From: a plasmid
Sequence record: NZ_AP019754.1
Length of the DNA stretch: 64,000 nucleotides
Direction: 5' to 3' (one strand)
Shown: one piece after another, positions 13,352 through 25,425 of the stretch
How the letters are laid out: each line of letters begins with the position of its first letter
Position numbering within the stretch: the stretch's first letter is position 1
Translations under genes and position numbers: made by a program
The notes under the pieces: generated by a model
The model's input: only the letters and a program-made list of their open reading frames with translations
The model's database searches: none
What the model was told of the DNA's origin: nothing

Positions 13352-13427
13352 TATAGCCTCAGATATAACAAGATAAATTCGGGGAGCACAGCGACTCCCT
13401 GTCTTTACGTTTTATTACTTCTTATTA

Positions 13428-14312
13428 TCATTTCAGGTACAGGTTGATGATTCTGCGGATTTCATCTTCCTGTGCGGTATCAAAGTGAACGGCATAACGG
13501 CTTTCGCCCACGTTATAACCTAAAATCTGCAACGCTTTTTTAACTGCTGCGGGTGAAAATGCCACTTTATAAAGGTCTGTGCGTAAGCCCGTGACCTGCT
13601 CTTGCGCCAGCCGCGATCCTTCACGATCTCCGGCATGGAAGCGAGACCAGATAGCATTGATTTGACGCGGCGCGACGTTAGCCAGGCCTGAAATACAGGC
13701 TGAGCATCCCTCGACATAGCCCTGGTGAATCAGTGAGTCCGGACCGTTCAGAACATCGAAGTCTTTACTGTCCTTAACGGCATCCAGATAACCTTTCAGG
13801 CTTTCATAGCTTCCGGCGCTGTCTTTCACGCCAATAATATTCGGGTGTTCAGCAAGTGTGCGGGCCGTTTGTGGCTCGATCGTATTACCCGTCCTGGCCG
13901 GAATGTTATACAAAAACACCGGAACGGAAAGGGCATCCGCAATGGCCGTGTAATGATGAATGAGTTCGCGCTGATTAAGCGGCACAAAATAAGGCGTAAT
14001 CACCGAAACTGCGTCCACGCCCAGTTTTTCGATTTGTTTGCCCAGCCGAATGGTTTCGCGGGTGGAAATCTCACCAATATGCGCCACAACGTTTCCGCGC
14101 CCCGATACTTCATTAACACAGGTTTCAGTAACAGTGAGTTTCTCTTTCTCATTAAGGACAAAAAACTCACCGTTAGTGCCGCCACAGAAAATACCGTTGC
14201 CCGCATTAAGTTGGCGAATAACCTGACGCTTAAGTTCATCAAGGTTAAGTCCGCCTTCTTTATCAAAAGGGGTAACAATAGCTGTTAACACACCTTCAAT
14301 TTTCTTACGCAT
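13428..14312 (-). CDS. DapA/N-acetylneuraminate lyase-family (class I aldolase) protein
   Basis: Start at MRKKIEGVLTAIVTPF with AAGGAG RBS. The track ORF extends 20 codons upstream. GTNGEF motif typical of the DHDPS/NAL family. Confidence 0.75.
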   Translation of the reverse strand: MRKKIEGVLTAIVTPFDKEGGLNLDELKRQVIRQLNAGNGIFCGGTNGEFFVLNEKEKLTVTETCVNEVSGRGNVVAHIGEISTRETIRLGKQIEKLGVDAVSVITPYFVPLNQRELIHHYTAIADALSVPVFLYNIPARTGNTIEPQTARTLAEHPNIIGVKDSAGSYESLKGYLDAVKDSKDFDVLNGPDSLIHQGYVEGCSACISGLANVAPRQINAIWSRFHAGDREGSRLAQEQVTGLRTDLYKVAFSPAAVKKALQILGYNVGESRYAVHFDTAQEDEIRRIINLYLK

Positions 14313-14331
14313 TACCCACTCCTTTTTTAAA

Positions 14332-15477
14332 TTAAATCCTGGGGAAAAGTGTCCGGTAAATTGCAGCCACATCTTGATGGCTGACTACGCAAGGCGAATT
14401 GCTCATCAATCGCTTCACGTTCAGAGCCGCTTCACTGAGGGAATCGATATCATCGGATGGCACACCCAGGGCTTCCAGGTTATCAGGCAGGTTGAGGCGT
14501 TTGACTAATTTGGCCAGATAGTCAACCAGCGCATGTGATTTCTCTTCCTGACTCAGCGTGGTATCGGCTTCCGGGATCAGATCCCAGACGTTGGCAAATT
14601 TCTCCACCGCAAAGGGCCGCACTACTTTCATGCAGGGCGCCAGCAGAATGGCGTTAGCGACACCGTGAGGCAGATGCCAGGTACCGCCTAAGGGATAGGA
14701 CAGGGCATGAACAAGATGGGTACCGGCATGGGCAATGGCTGCACCGCCATAATAAGAGGCCCACAGCATTTCCAGCTTGGCTGTCAGGTTATGCGGTTCA
14801 TTAACGGAGGTTTCCAGATGACGGAATAATTTATACAACCCCATGAGTGCAACATTGTCACCGACAGGATTCGAAATCGTTGCGGTGTAGCACTCAAGTA
14901 AATGGCACAGCGCATCAATTCCCGTTGATGAGGCGATATGCGCTGGCATGCTGGTTGTCAGCTCAGGTATCAGGGCAACATAATCTGGCAGCATGACAGG
15001 CGAAATAATACCGACTTTGGTATTTTGCTCGGGAATGGCCAGAATGGCATTTGGGGTCGATTCCGATCCTGTGCCCGCAGTAGAAGGAATGAGCAGCGAC
15101 GGCAAGCGCGCTTCAATTTTCTGACCGTCCAGCAGAGCCTTGAGCGAAGGACGGGACGCATGGCATAAAACCGAGAGGAGCTTCGCCACATCCAACACGC
15201 TTCCGCCACCAACACCCACGACCAAATCATAGGCCTTACCTGCCGTGCGCGTCAGCACTGTTTCAACGTCAGTATGCGTCGGCTCTGCCGGAACATCGTC
15301 AATGAGCTCTACCTGACGAGCATCCTGCCCCAGTAGCGTGAGGATCTGCGCTGTTGCCGGCAAATTCACAATGTTTTTATCTGTTAAAACCAGCAGTCGT
15401 TTTCTGCCCGCCACGACGGGCGCCAGTGCGTTTATCGCATGAGAACCGCTTAATATCGTGCTGTTAATTATGGCCAC
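14332..15477 (-). CDS. Iron-containing (group III) alcohol dehydrogenase family protein
   Basis: 381 aa. GGGSVLD and metal-binding His motifs of Fe-ADH. First gene of the minus-strand operon. Confidence 0.75.
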   Translation of the reverse strand: MAIINSTILSGSHAINALAPVVAGRKRLLVLTDKNIVNLPATAQILTLLGQDARQVELIDDVPAEPTHTDVETVLTRTAGKAYDLVVGVGGGSVLDVAKLLSVLCHASRPSLKALLDGQKIEARLPSLLIPSTAGTGSESTPNAILAIPEQNTKVGIISPVMLPDYVALIPELTTSMPAHIASSTGIDALCHLLECYTATISNPVGDNVALMGLYKLFRHLETSVNEPHNLTAKLEMLWASYYGGAAIAHAGTHLVHALSYPLGGTWHLPHGVANAILLAPCMKVVRPFAVEKFANVWDLIPEADTTLSQEEKSHALVDYLAKLVKRLNLPDNLEALGVPSDDIDSLSEAALNVKRLMSNSPCVVSHQDVAAIYRTLFPRI

Positions 15478-15927
15478 ATTCTTCTCCCCGTTTATGACTG
15501 AAATTCATCATGCTGCTGTAGCGCAATCACTCAGCGACTAAATTTATAAATAAAATGGCGCTTTATTAAATTGATCTTGCTCACATATAATCGATTGTGA
15601 TTGAATATAATCAAATGATCGAGCGGGTGCTTTGCACACCTGGTCGCTGTATGTAAATGCGCCTTTAGCTGAAGCCGTCAGTGAGCAGCACGCGATTTGC
15701 TGCCTGGTGCGTGTTCCGTTGGTGATGCGCAGCGCACCGTCAAATGCGGTATTACTCAGGTGCGGAGATTGCGACGGCATCGTGCGCGACGGGATTCAGA
15801 ATTGAGGGCCGGGCGGGTAATTGTGCGCCATACAGATACTTTCCCGGCCGCGGCCGGAGTCTGACTGTATTGATTAAAGTCGGTGTTTTCGGAGATGAAA
15901 CCACCCTTTCAGAAATATTGAGCTTCG

Positions 15928-16929
15928 TTGAGGAGAAAACAGGTGACGAATACTGTTGCTATAACAATGGGAGATCCTGCCGGGATCGGTCCTGAAATCA
16001 TTATTAAAGCGTTAGCCGAAGGTGCATTGAATGGTTCACCCGCGGTTGTTATCGGCTGCGCTGAGACTTTCCGCCGCATACTGGCCATGAACATCACACC
16101 TCAGGTTGAACTCCGGGTGATCGACCAGGTTTCTGAGGCACGGTTCACGCCCGGCATCCTTCATATTATTGATGAGAAGGTGGCGCATCCCGAAGCGTTG
16201 CAATGTGGTGTGGTTCAGCCAGAAGCCGGTGACGTGGCCTACCGTTGCATCAAGCGCGCGACAGAAATGGCGCTGCGTGGTGAGGTAAAGGCGATTGCGA
16301 CTGCGCCGCTGAATAAAGAAGCGCTGCATCTGGCAGGGCATCATTATCCGGGCCATACCGAATTACTCGCGAAGCTAACGGACACCAAAGATTATTCGAT
16401 GGTGCTCTACACCGATAAACTGAAAGTCATTCATGTCACCACACATATTTCCCTGCGCAAGTTTCTGGATACGCTGAGTCAGGCGCGGGTGGAAACGGTG
16501 GTGAGGATTGCCGATACCTTTTTACGCCGGGTCGGTTTCACCCAACCGCGTATTGCGGTGGCAGGAGTAAACCCACATGCGGGTGAAAATGGTCTGTTTG
16601 GCGATGAAGAGATCCGTATTCTGACGCCCGCTGTCGAAGCGATGAAAGCGCAGGGCATGGATGTGTACGGCCCCTGTCCACCGGACACCGTTTTCATGCA
16701 GTGTAACGAAGGCATGTACGACATTGTTGTCGCCATGTATCACGATCAGGGGCATATTCCGCTTAAGCTGCTTGGCTTTTACGACGGGGTGAACATCACG
16801 GCAGGATTGCCTTTCCTGCGTACTTCAGCCGATCACGGTACGGCATTTAACATCGCCTGGACAGGTAAGGCTAATCCGGAGAGTATGGCGATATCAATTG
16901 ATATGGCCATGAAGATTACCCGGGAGTAA
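15928..16929 (+). CDS. PdxA-family dehydrogenase (4-hydroxythreonine-4-phosphate dehydrogenase-like)
   Basis: 333 aa. TMGDPAGIGPEI and HxGHTE motifs characteristic of PdxA/PdxA2. Divergent from the Fe-ADH operon. Start is TTG (or downstream GTG); my count places it at 15927, 1 nt off the track. Confidence 0.75.
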   Translation: MRRKQVTNTVAITMGDPAGIGPEIIIKALAEGALNGSPAVVIGCAETFRRILAMNITPQVELRVIDQVSEARFTPGILHIIDEKVAHPEALQCGVVQPEAGDVAYRCIKRATEMALRGEVKAIATAPLNKEALHLAGHHYPGHTELLAKLTDTKDYSMVLYTDKLKVIHVTTHISLRKFLDTLSQARVETVVRIADTFLRRVGFTQPRIAVAGVNPHAGENGLFGDEEIRILTPAVEAMKAQGMDVYGPCPPDTVFMQCNEGMYDIVVAMYHDQGHIPLKLLGFYDGVNITAGLPFLRTSADHGTAFNIAWTGKANPESMAISIDMAMKITRE

Positions 16930-17228
16930 TAATTTATCGAAAGCTAATGCTTTCTGGTCACTCAGGCGATGGCAAGACATCGCCTTTTCTTCACCGGGCT
17001 GAAGCGTCATCGCTGTCCACAACCCATCCACCTCAACACGTTACCTCCACTTCGCTTGCAAATGACTACGAGCAGATAGTCATGCTCTATTACATAAGTT
17101 CTCTTTATTTAAGTTTTGATCGGCAGCGACCTGCCTCAGTGGGATAATATGAATGGATTGTCTCAGTGCTGTAGCGACTTTCTTATTTCAACGTCATTAA
17201 CATTCGCCGCTCAGTTAATAACTCGGAG

Positions 17229-17246
17229 ATGTACATTGAAGTTTAC
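17229..17246 (+). promoter_or_regulatory. Candidate TyrR box upstream of tpl
   Basis: TGTACA-TTGAAG-TTTACG matches TGTAAA-N6-TTTACA at 10/12 positions. Lies ~430 bp upstream of tpl in a 740-bp AT-rich leader. Confidence 0.4.
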
Positions 17247-17648
17247 GGATTTTAAGCAACCGCTGTGATTATTCATTTTTTAGGTGATCGCTGCCTCATA
17301 TTATCTGGTTAAAAATGTCACATTTATTACCTATAAAGAAAATGGAAAGATAAGTTTTCATTGTTATCAACCTTAACCGACTTTTCTGTTTCTGTATGAC
17401 CGACGGCCGTTACGCTAACGCTATGAATATTCAGCATACATGGCCGATCTTTTTTGATGTTTAATCATTTTTACGTTTTATACATTGTCAGAAAGGCGCG
17501 CATAGTGACGCGGCTATTTTCATCGCATGATAAATCCCGCATGATGGTGTCGTATTATTTCCACCTCAATTCTGAGGTTATTGTTATATCTTCCTGTGCA
17601 TTTCATCTATGCACCAGACTTATTCGACGCGCATTTTTCTGCGTATGA

Positions 17649-19043
<1,395 letters not shown>

Positions 19044-19052
19044 TACAACCCT

Positions 19053-19079
19053 GGCCCCGCAGGGGCCCTGTTTCTCTCC
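19053..19079 (+). terminator. Rho-independent terminator-like hairpin after tpl
   Basis: GGCCCCGCAGGGGCC followed by a T-rich tract. A second 10-bp hairpin lies at 19099-19123. Confidence 0.5.
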
Positions 19080-19198
19080 TATCACCCTTCCTTTATTTCA
19101 GACCTGCCGCCATGGCAGGTCTGCAGTAGAACCGTTATTATCCAGCGGATTCAGAATGACGCCAAAATGATAATAAAGAGTCAACAGGAGAATTTCTC

Positions 19199-20449
19199 AT
19201 GGTTATTAAGAAAACAACACCCGGTTTAATGAGTGGAACGATGCTTATCATTGCCACCGTCATAGGTGGCGGTATGTTCTCACTGCCGATTGCTATGGCT
19301 GGCATATGGTTTCCAGGCGCATCAATTATTTTAACGCTCATTGCCATAATGATGCTGTTAACCGGACTGATGCTGGTTGAAGTCAATCTCCATTATGGCG
19401 GTGGTGCGAGTTTTAACACCTTCACACAGGATTTATTAGGTCATAAATGGAATGTTGTGGTGGGTATCGCATTTGGCTTTGTCTTGTATATTTTAACTTA
19501 TGCTTATATTTCTGGCTCTTCTGCTGTCATCTCTCAGACGGTAGAAAAATACAGCGGATTTTATCTTCCAGCCCGCTTATCTGTGATCATCGTAAGCGTG
19601 TTGGTCGGTGGCATCGCATGGTACAGCTCGCTTTTGGTTGGCCGTATTACAACGGTGTTAATTATCGGGAAGTTTGTTGCCTTTTTTGCTACCTTCTCTG
19701 GCCTGATATGGCATGTCGAAGGCGCTAAACTTATTGACAGTGCCGCCTGGGCGCTGCCTGATACGCAATATCTGCCATATATTTTAATGACGCTACCTTT
19801 CTGCATCATCTCTTACGGTTTCCACGGCAACGTGCCCAGTCTGGTGAAGCTGTATGGCACTCAGGGGGTTAAGAATATCACCCGGTCGATTTTTATTGGC
19901 ACGGCTTTCGCTCTGCTGCTTTACATATTCTGGTTGGTCGTCACCATGGGCAATATCAGCCGCGCCGATTTTTCGCCCATTATCGCCAAAGGGGGGAATA
20001 TTGATGTATTTGTCGAGGCAATAGGGGGCTTATTTACCAGCACGTCTATGGATCTGATCCTCACTTTCTTTGGTAATTTTGCGGTAGCCAGTTCATTGCT
20101 AGCCGCGACGCTGGGGCTTTTCGATTATATTGCCGATCTGTTTCATTTTTCAGACGACCGTTCTGGCCGGTTTAAGACGGCCCTGGTAACGTATTTGCCA
20201 CCCGCTGTCGTTTGTTTCATCCTGCCCGGTGGCTTTGTCTATGCAATTGGCTATGCCGGTCTGGCCTTTACGATCTGGAGCGTTATTCTGCCGCCTTTTC
20301 TTGTGAAAGCGGCCCGCAAGCGTTTTCCCACTGCAGTCTATACCGCACCCTGTAATAACATGATCCTTAATCTGGTTATCGTGGTGGGGGGATTCGTTTA
20401 CCTGACGGTGGTACTTGATGTATTCCGGCTGCTGCCTTCGTTTAGCTAA
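19199..20449 (+). CDS. tutB: Tyrosine-specific permease (HAAAP family, TyrP/TutB-like)
   Basis: 416 aa polytopic membrane protein. N-terminus typical of TyrP/Mtr/TnaB permeases. Lies downstream of tpl. Confidence 0.85.
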   Translation: MVIKKTTPGLMSGTMLIIATVIGGGMFSLPIAMAGIWFPGASIILTLIAIMMLLTGLMLVEVNLHYGGGASFNTFTQDLLGHKWNVVVGIAFGFVLYILTYAYISGSSAVISQTVEKYSGFYLPARLSVIIVSVLVGGIAWYSSLLVGRITTVLIIGKFVAFFATFSGLIWHVEGAKLIDSAAWALPDTQYLPYILMTLPFCIISYGFHGNVPSLVKLYGTQGVKNITRSIFIGTAFALLLYIFWLVVTMGNISRADFSPIIAKGGNIDVFVEAIGGLFTSTSMDLILTFFGNFAVASSLLAATLGLFDYIADLFHFSDDRSGRFKTALVTYLPPAVVCFILPGGFVYAIGYAGLAFTIWSVILPPFLVKAARKRFPTAVYTAPCNNMILNLVIVVGGFVYLTVVLDVFRLLPSFS

Positions 20450-21802
20450 AGTGAAGCGAGCGCGATGTGTGCACCTTATCACCATCACCATCCTGTGCTC
20501 TCATGCTGCCTGATTAGACCAGTGTCCCTTGCCGGGGGCTGAGCGAATCACGTCTTCAACACTTCTCAGGCTTCAGCCGCGATGCTCCCACGGACAAGCT
20601 GGCTGAAGCTCAGTGTCAGGGCTCAGTGAGCCCCGATCGACAAAGCGTATAACGACCTGTTATTCAAGGTGTGATGACAGGCAGCAGGCTAAAGGGTAAT
20701 ACCCTGCTGCTGCAGTCGCGTTGCGCGGAATCTTACCTGAAGGCAAACCTGCATCTCTTCATGGCAACATCCTGAGATGAGGTCTGAGCAATGTGAATTG
20801 GGGTTTTAACAAGAGCGGCCCTCATTAAAACCAGTCAGAGGGCCAGGAGTGATCGGGACAGTGGTATTTATTTTGCTGATTTATTATTGATTTTTACTCG
20901 TTCAGTTAACAGACTGGTTTCAAGATCAGAAAAATTCAGGGTTCTCAAGAAGGCAGGATTAATATTCTTACAGGGTAACAGTCGGGTATCACCAAGGTTA
21001 TTGACAAGAATGAGGTAAGGATTTGTTCCTTGCATATCAATCACAGAGTTCAATTTCCACATAATTTCCTCCTTGGTTCATGGATGTCATGAACACAGCT
21101 GGAATTATGCGTGGTAATCCGCCGGAAAAATGAGGAATCAGTGCTACCTGATGCTCTGTTTCCCTCATGGTAAGCATTAAATTATAAATACTTGATGTAC
21201 ATCTATGTCATTAAATTGTCACAATGAAAGCCATCGCGAATCGCGTAAGAAATAACTAACTCAAACTTGATCGGACCGACGATGAAACAGTGTTGTCATA
21301 ATGGAGCTAGTTATGAAGGGTTCATTTTACTGCATCACACGTGTTGATTAAATCTGAATTTATTTTACATGACGCCCTGTCAGGCATTACGCCTTTTTCC
21401 GGATATAAGCATTTTTCGCCAGAGACGGTGCTGTCTCTGATTACTTATGTCTTAAAATCTTAATAACATAAAAACCACCAATTTAACCTCATGGAAACAG
21501 GTTTGTGAGGTGTATTCCTTACATGCGTGTTATTTATTTCTCTATCTCATCCCAGCACATGTCACAATTCAGGTGTTGCTTCTGGTATGGTAGTGGACTT
21601 GCATATTTTCATAGCGATAATCTTGGTTTTGACGAAAAAATTGTTCAACGCACAATCTGCAATCCACTAATTGATCATTTTGTCGCGGCGGTCATTTAAT
21701 TTTAATTACCCTTTTTTCATCAATGCTGTTATGTCACGCAAGGACACAGCGAATCATGCCGGAAATAACCAAATAATAACTTTAATTAACAGTGAGATTA
21801 CA

Positions 21803-23263
21803 ATGCCAAATAAATTACTCAGTGCTAACGCCACCGTTCCACAGTGGGATCGCCATAATCTGGTTCCGAGAATCGTTCATCTCGGATTTGGTGCGTTTCA
21901 CCGTGCCCATCAGGCTGTCTATGCAGACGTTCTTGCTGCTGAACACAGCAGCGACTGGGGTTATATTGAAGTCAATCTTATCGGCGGTGAGCAACAGATT
22001 GCCGATCTCAAGCGTCAGGATTTTCTCTATACCGTGGCAGAAATGTCCGCCAGTGCGTGGTCAGGCAGGGTGGTTGGCGTCGTCAGGCAGGCGCTTCATG
22101 CGCAGGTTGATGGCACTGAAGCCGTGCTGGAGGCGCTATGCCAGCCGCAGGTTGCCATTGTGTCGTTAACGATTACCGAAAAGGGCTACTGCCACGCGCC
22201 CGCGACAGGCGAACTGATGCGTGACCATCCCCTAATCGTAGCTGACTTAGCACAGCCCCATCAGCCCCATTCCGCCCCAGGCATCATCGTTGAAGCGCTG
22301 GCCCGCCGCAGAGCGGCGGGGTTAGCCGCCTTCAGCGTCATGTCCTGCGATAACATTCCTGAAAATGGCAGGGTGATTGCCGGGGTCGTTTGCGCCTATG
22401 CGCGGCAATGCGATCGCGAACTGGCAAGCTGGATCGAACAGCACGTCACCTTTCCCTCTACCATGGTGGATCGTATCGTACCCGCCGTCACCCAGGAAAG
22501 CCTGAATAAAATTGCGCAGGTAACAGGGGTGCAGGATGCTCTGGCGGTGGCCTGTGAACCCTTCAGGCAATGGGTGATAGAGGATAACTTCGTAGCCGGA
22601 CGTCCTGAGTGGGAAAAGGCCGGCGCAGAACTCGTTAACGATGTTGTCCCGTACGAAGAAATGAAGTTGCGCATGTTAAACGGCAGCCACTCATTTCTGG
22701 CCTATCTTGGTTATCTGGCGGGCTATGAACATATTTGTGACTGCATGGAGGATCCCGATTTCAGACGGGCAGCACGAACGTTGATGCTGCAGGAGCAGGC
22801 ACCGACATTGCAAGTTAAGGGCGTGGATCTGACGCGTTATGCTGACCTGCTGATCGCGCGCTTTGAAAACCATGCGTTAAAGCACCGTGCCTGGCAGATA
22901 GCCATGGATGGCAGCCAGAAACTTCCTCAGCGCTGGCTGGACTCGGTTCGTTGGCATCTCAGAAACGAAAGTGATTTTGACCTGCTCGCCCTGGGCATTG
23001 CCGGTTGGATGCGCTATGTCTCAGGCGTAGACGAGCAGGGAAATCCGATTGAAGTGATCGACCCGTTATTACCCACTTTGAACGCTGCTGTGGGATCCAG
23101 TGCTGATGGCGAGGCGAGGGTGAAAGCATTATTAGGTGTCGATGCCATTTTTGGTGAGGCGCTGGCAAATAATGCGTACTTTGTGGAGCAGGTAACCCGT
23201 GCCTATCAGCTTCTGCTTGATAAAGGGGCGAAAGGCGCGGTAGCCGCTGCCGTTGCGCATTAA
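21803..23263 (+). CDS. Mannitol dehydrogenase-family oxidoreductase (fructuronate/mannonate reductase-like)
   Basis: Family motifs [13 protein letters not shown] and [10 protein letters not shown]. Start moved to MPNKLL at 21803. The track ORF begins 44 codons upstream in AT-rich sequence. Confidence 0.7.
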   Translation: MPNKLLSANATVPQWDRHNLVPRIVHLGFGAFHRAHQAVYADVLAAEHSSDWGYIEVNLIGGEQQIADLKRQDFLYTVAEMSASAWSGRVVGVVRQALHAQVDGTEAVLEALCQPQVAIVSLTITEKGYCHAPATGELMRDHPLIVADLAQPHQPHSAPGIIVEALARRRAAGLAAFSVMSCDNIPENGRVIAGVVCAYARQCDRELASWIEQHVTFPSTMVDRIVPAVTQESLNKIAQVTGVQDALAVACEPFRQWVIEDNFVAGRPEWEKAGAELVNDVVPYEEMKLRMLNGSHSFLAYLGYLAGYEHICDCMEDPDFRRAARTLMLQEQAPTLQVKGVDLTRYADLLIARFENHALKHRAWQIAMDGSQKLPQRWLDSVRWHLRNESDFDLLALGIAGWMRYVSGVDEQGNPIEVIDPLLPTLNAAVGSSADGEARVKALLGVDAIFGEALANNAYFVEQVTRAYQLLLDKGAKGAVAAAVAH

Positions 23264-23304
23264 TCTTCAGTGAGGCAAGCCACGGGCAGTGGCTTGCCTG
23301 GCGA

Positions 23305-24339
23305 TTACAGGTTATCGTTTGGACGGCCAGATTGGTCGGCAACGACGCCCGTATCTGGTTTGAGTTCGCGCGTAAACCAGCTTACGACTTCCTGGATAAC
23401 CTCCGGCTGGTACCAGGTGAGGTCGGCATGCTCTGCCCCTTTCACCACAACGTAGTCCACTTTCTCACCGGCTTTCCTGAGTGCATCAAACAGCTGCGCA
23501 CTTTGATGGGGCGATACCAGAGAATCTTTATCACCGTGCATAATCAGGAAAGGCGGCTTGCTGTTTCGTAAATGTCCCATAGGGCTGGCATGCCGTGCTT
23601 TTGCCGTGTCGTCCATGATGCTTGCGCCAGCAAACTCACGAAAGGCTGGACCGTGCACCAGCAATGCCTCGGTTACCGCAGGTGACTGATGAACTTTTTG
23701 AATTTCATCGGCATAACCTTCGCCAATGTTAAGGAGGTCGGATATGCCATATAGCGTTGCCACTGCCTGCACATCAGAGGATTTATCGGTGAAATCACCG
23801 CGATCAAACGCCGTTTCCCCCTGTGTGGTGCCGAGCATTTGCACAAGCCATCCCCCAGCCGAATCGCCGAGTACACCAATGCGCGCGGGATCAATGCCGT
23901 ATGTCTCGGCATGTTGTCGCAAATAGCGCACTGCCGCTTTACCATCATTTACCGGAGCCGGGAAGGTATCCGGTACAACGCGATATTCCGCAGCGGCCAC
24001 AACAAAGCCAGCCTCTGCCAGCGCCATACGCATCTGGATGTACTTATCGTGATTGGCACTGGTAAAACCGCCACCGGGAAAATAAATGATGGCGGGTTTA
24101 GGCGCGTCGGTGCGGGGCACTAACAGCGACATATGGAGCGGCCTGGTCTCTCTTGCCGTCGTGATTTGTGAATAAACGATGCCACTTATGGCATCTATCT
24201 GATTGCGTGTTGGTTTGACCTGAATAACCTTTGCACCCTCACGATAACCCGTCAGATCGTTATGCTCTGTCGCCATCGCGCTCCCCATTGTCATCATTGC
24301 TGCTAACCCACCAATTAAAAAATTGTGGCATAGATTCAT
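23305..24339 (-). CDS. Secreted alpha/beta-hydrolase (esterase/lipase family)
   Basis: 344 aa. Signal peptide. GGGF oxyanion-type motif and GDSAGG nucleophile elbow. Confidence 0.75.
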   Translation of the reverse strand: MNLCHNFLIGGLAAMMTMGSAMATEHNDLTGYREGAKVIQVKPTRNQIDAISGIVYSQITTARETRPLHMSLLVPRTDAPKPAIIYFPGGGFTSANHDKYIQMRMALAEAGFVVAAAEYRVVPDTFPAPVNDGKAAVRYLRQHAETYGIDPARIGVLGDSAGGWLVQMLGTTQGETAFDRGDFTDKSSDVQAVATLYGISDLLNIGEGYADEIQKVHQSPAVTEALLVHGPAFREFAGASIMDDTAKARHASPMGHLRNSKPPFLIMHGDKDSLVSPHQSAQLFDALRKAGEKVDYVVVKGAEHADLTWYQPEVIQEVVSWFTRELKPDTGVVADQSGRPNDNL

Positions 24340-24538
24340 AATTTTTCCCCAGACGTTGAGAGAAATGCTCTCAATTGAACAAAAAAACCTGCATTGAGGC
24401 TGTCATTTTCAGCAATCAGACGGTAATGCATAAACGGCAAAGAGAAGTTGAGCGAGATTATGAAAGCCGGATTTTGGGGGAAAGATTGCGGAGTGATGAG
24501 GCGCGAGCCAAACCTTGTGGCGGTCTGGCCCGATGAGA

Positions 24539-24625
24539 TTAGCGAATGACGATGGTAAGCAGGATAAAAACGACTGCGATAGCTACCACCTGAATAAAAA
24601 TCCTATCAAGCGTGAATTTACGCAT
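24539..24625 (-). CDS. Small hydrophobic peptide (28 aa), single predicted transmembrane helix
   Basis: MRKFTLDRIFIQVVAIAVVFILLTIVIR. GAGGTGA RBS 5 nt upstream. Not in the track because it is under 60 aa. Confidence 0.4.
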   Translation of the reverse strand: MRKFTLDRIFIQVVAIAVVFILLTIVIR

Positions 24626-24634
24626 AGCGTCACC

Positions 24635-24730
24635 TCACGGCGTGAGTATTTGCCAGATACCCAATCCTGTCAGGATCAGGCCGGTTAAAAGAAAAATGAA
24701 CGAAATCGCGCTTTCAGATGAAAACTTCAT
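24635..24730 (-). CDS. Small hydrophobic peptide (31 aa), single predicted transmembrane helix
   Basis: MKFSSESAISFIFLLTGLILTGLGIWQILTP. AAGGAAG RBS 7 nt upstream. Tandem with the 28-aa ORF. Confidence 0.4.
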   Translation of the reverse strand: MKFSSESAISFIFLLTGLILTGLGIWQILTP

Positions 24731-25425
24731 GATGTGCTTCCTTGTCATTATGATGACGGTTAATCGCATCCGATGATGTGAACATTAACGTCACCCGGTG
24801 AGACAGCGTCCGGCTTCTGCCTGTCAGAAACCCATGCCGTTATCCCGGCCCGAGTGCGCTGATGTTTCGGCGGCAGAGGCACCTCTTTATTACGCCGCTC
24901 GATATCAATGTTGCATCAGGTGATAAGTCTGACGGTTTAACGATAGGCGGTAAGCCTCTTTATCGGCTGATGTTGGCGTCATGTTCCTGTGCGGCTATCC
25001 GCATGCATGGCGACAAAAAAGGGATGATCCAGCCTGCTGTTACGCTGCTCGTGTAGGAATAACTGTGGCGACAGCAAGACATCGCGTCGATAAGGCTTAC
25101 AGCGATTGCACTCGCTTTGCGGGAGGAGGGAATAGCGCGTTTTTAAACAGTAACATGACCACAGTCCTCATTCGTTAACTGCTGGCTGACCAGAATGGCG
25201 ATTGTCATGCGGGTAATCATGGTCGGCTTTACGAAACAGCCATCCCAACCTTCAATCACGCCGATGCCATGAAGCCTGAATGAATGCGTGCCTAGTATAA
25301 TCAGGATGCAACGTGAGTAAAGCCAATACCTGTGGGTGAGTGAGGATAGGTTTAAGTTACGCAGACATGAAATTATCGTTGCTGAATTCCGGCCACGGTT
25401 ATCAGCCCTTACCAGTGCCTCTGAT

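Noticed and set aside
17454-17648. 64-aa ORF immediately upstream of tpl
   Set aside because: Lies in the AT-rich tpl regulatory leader. No RBS and hydrophobic low-complexity sequence. More likely promoter or operator DNA.
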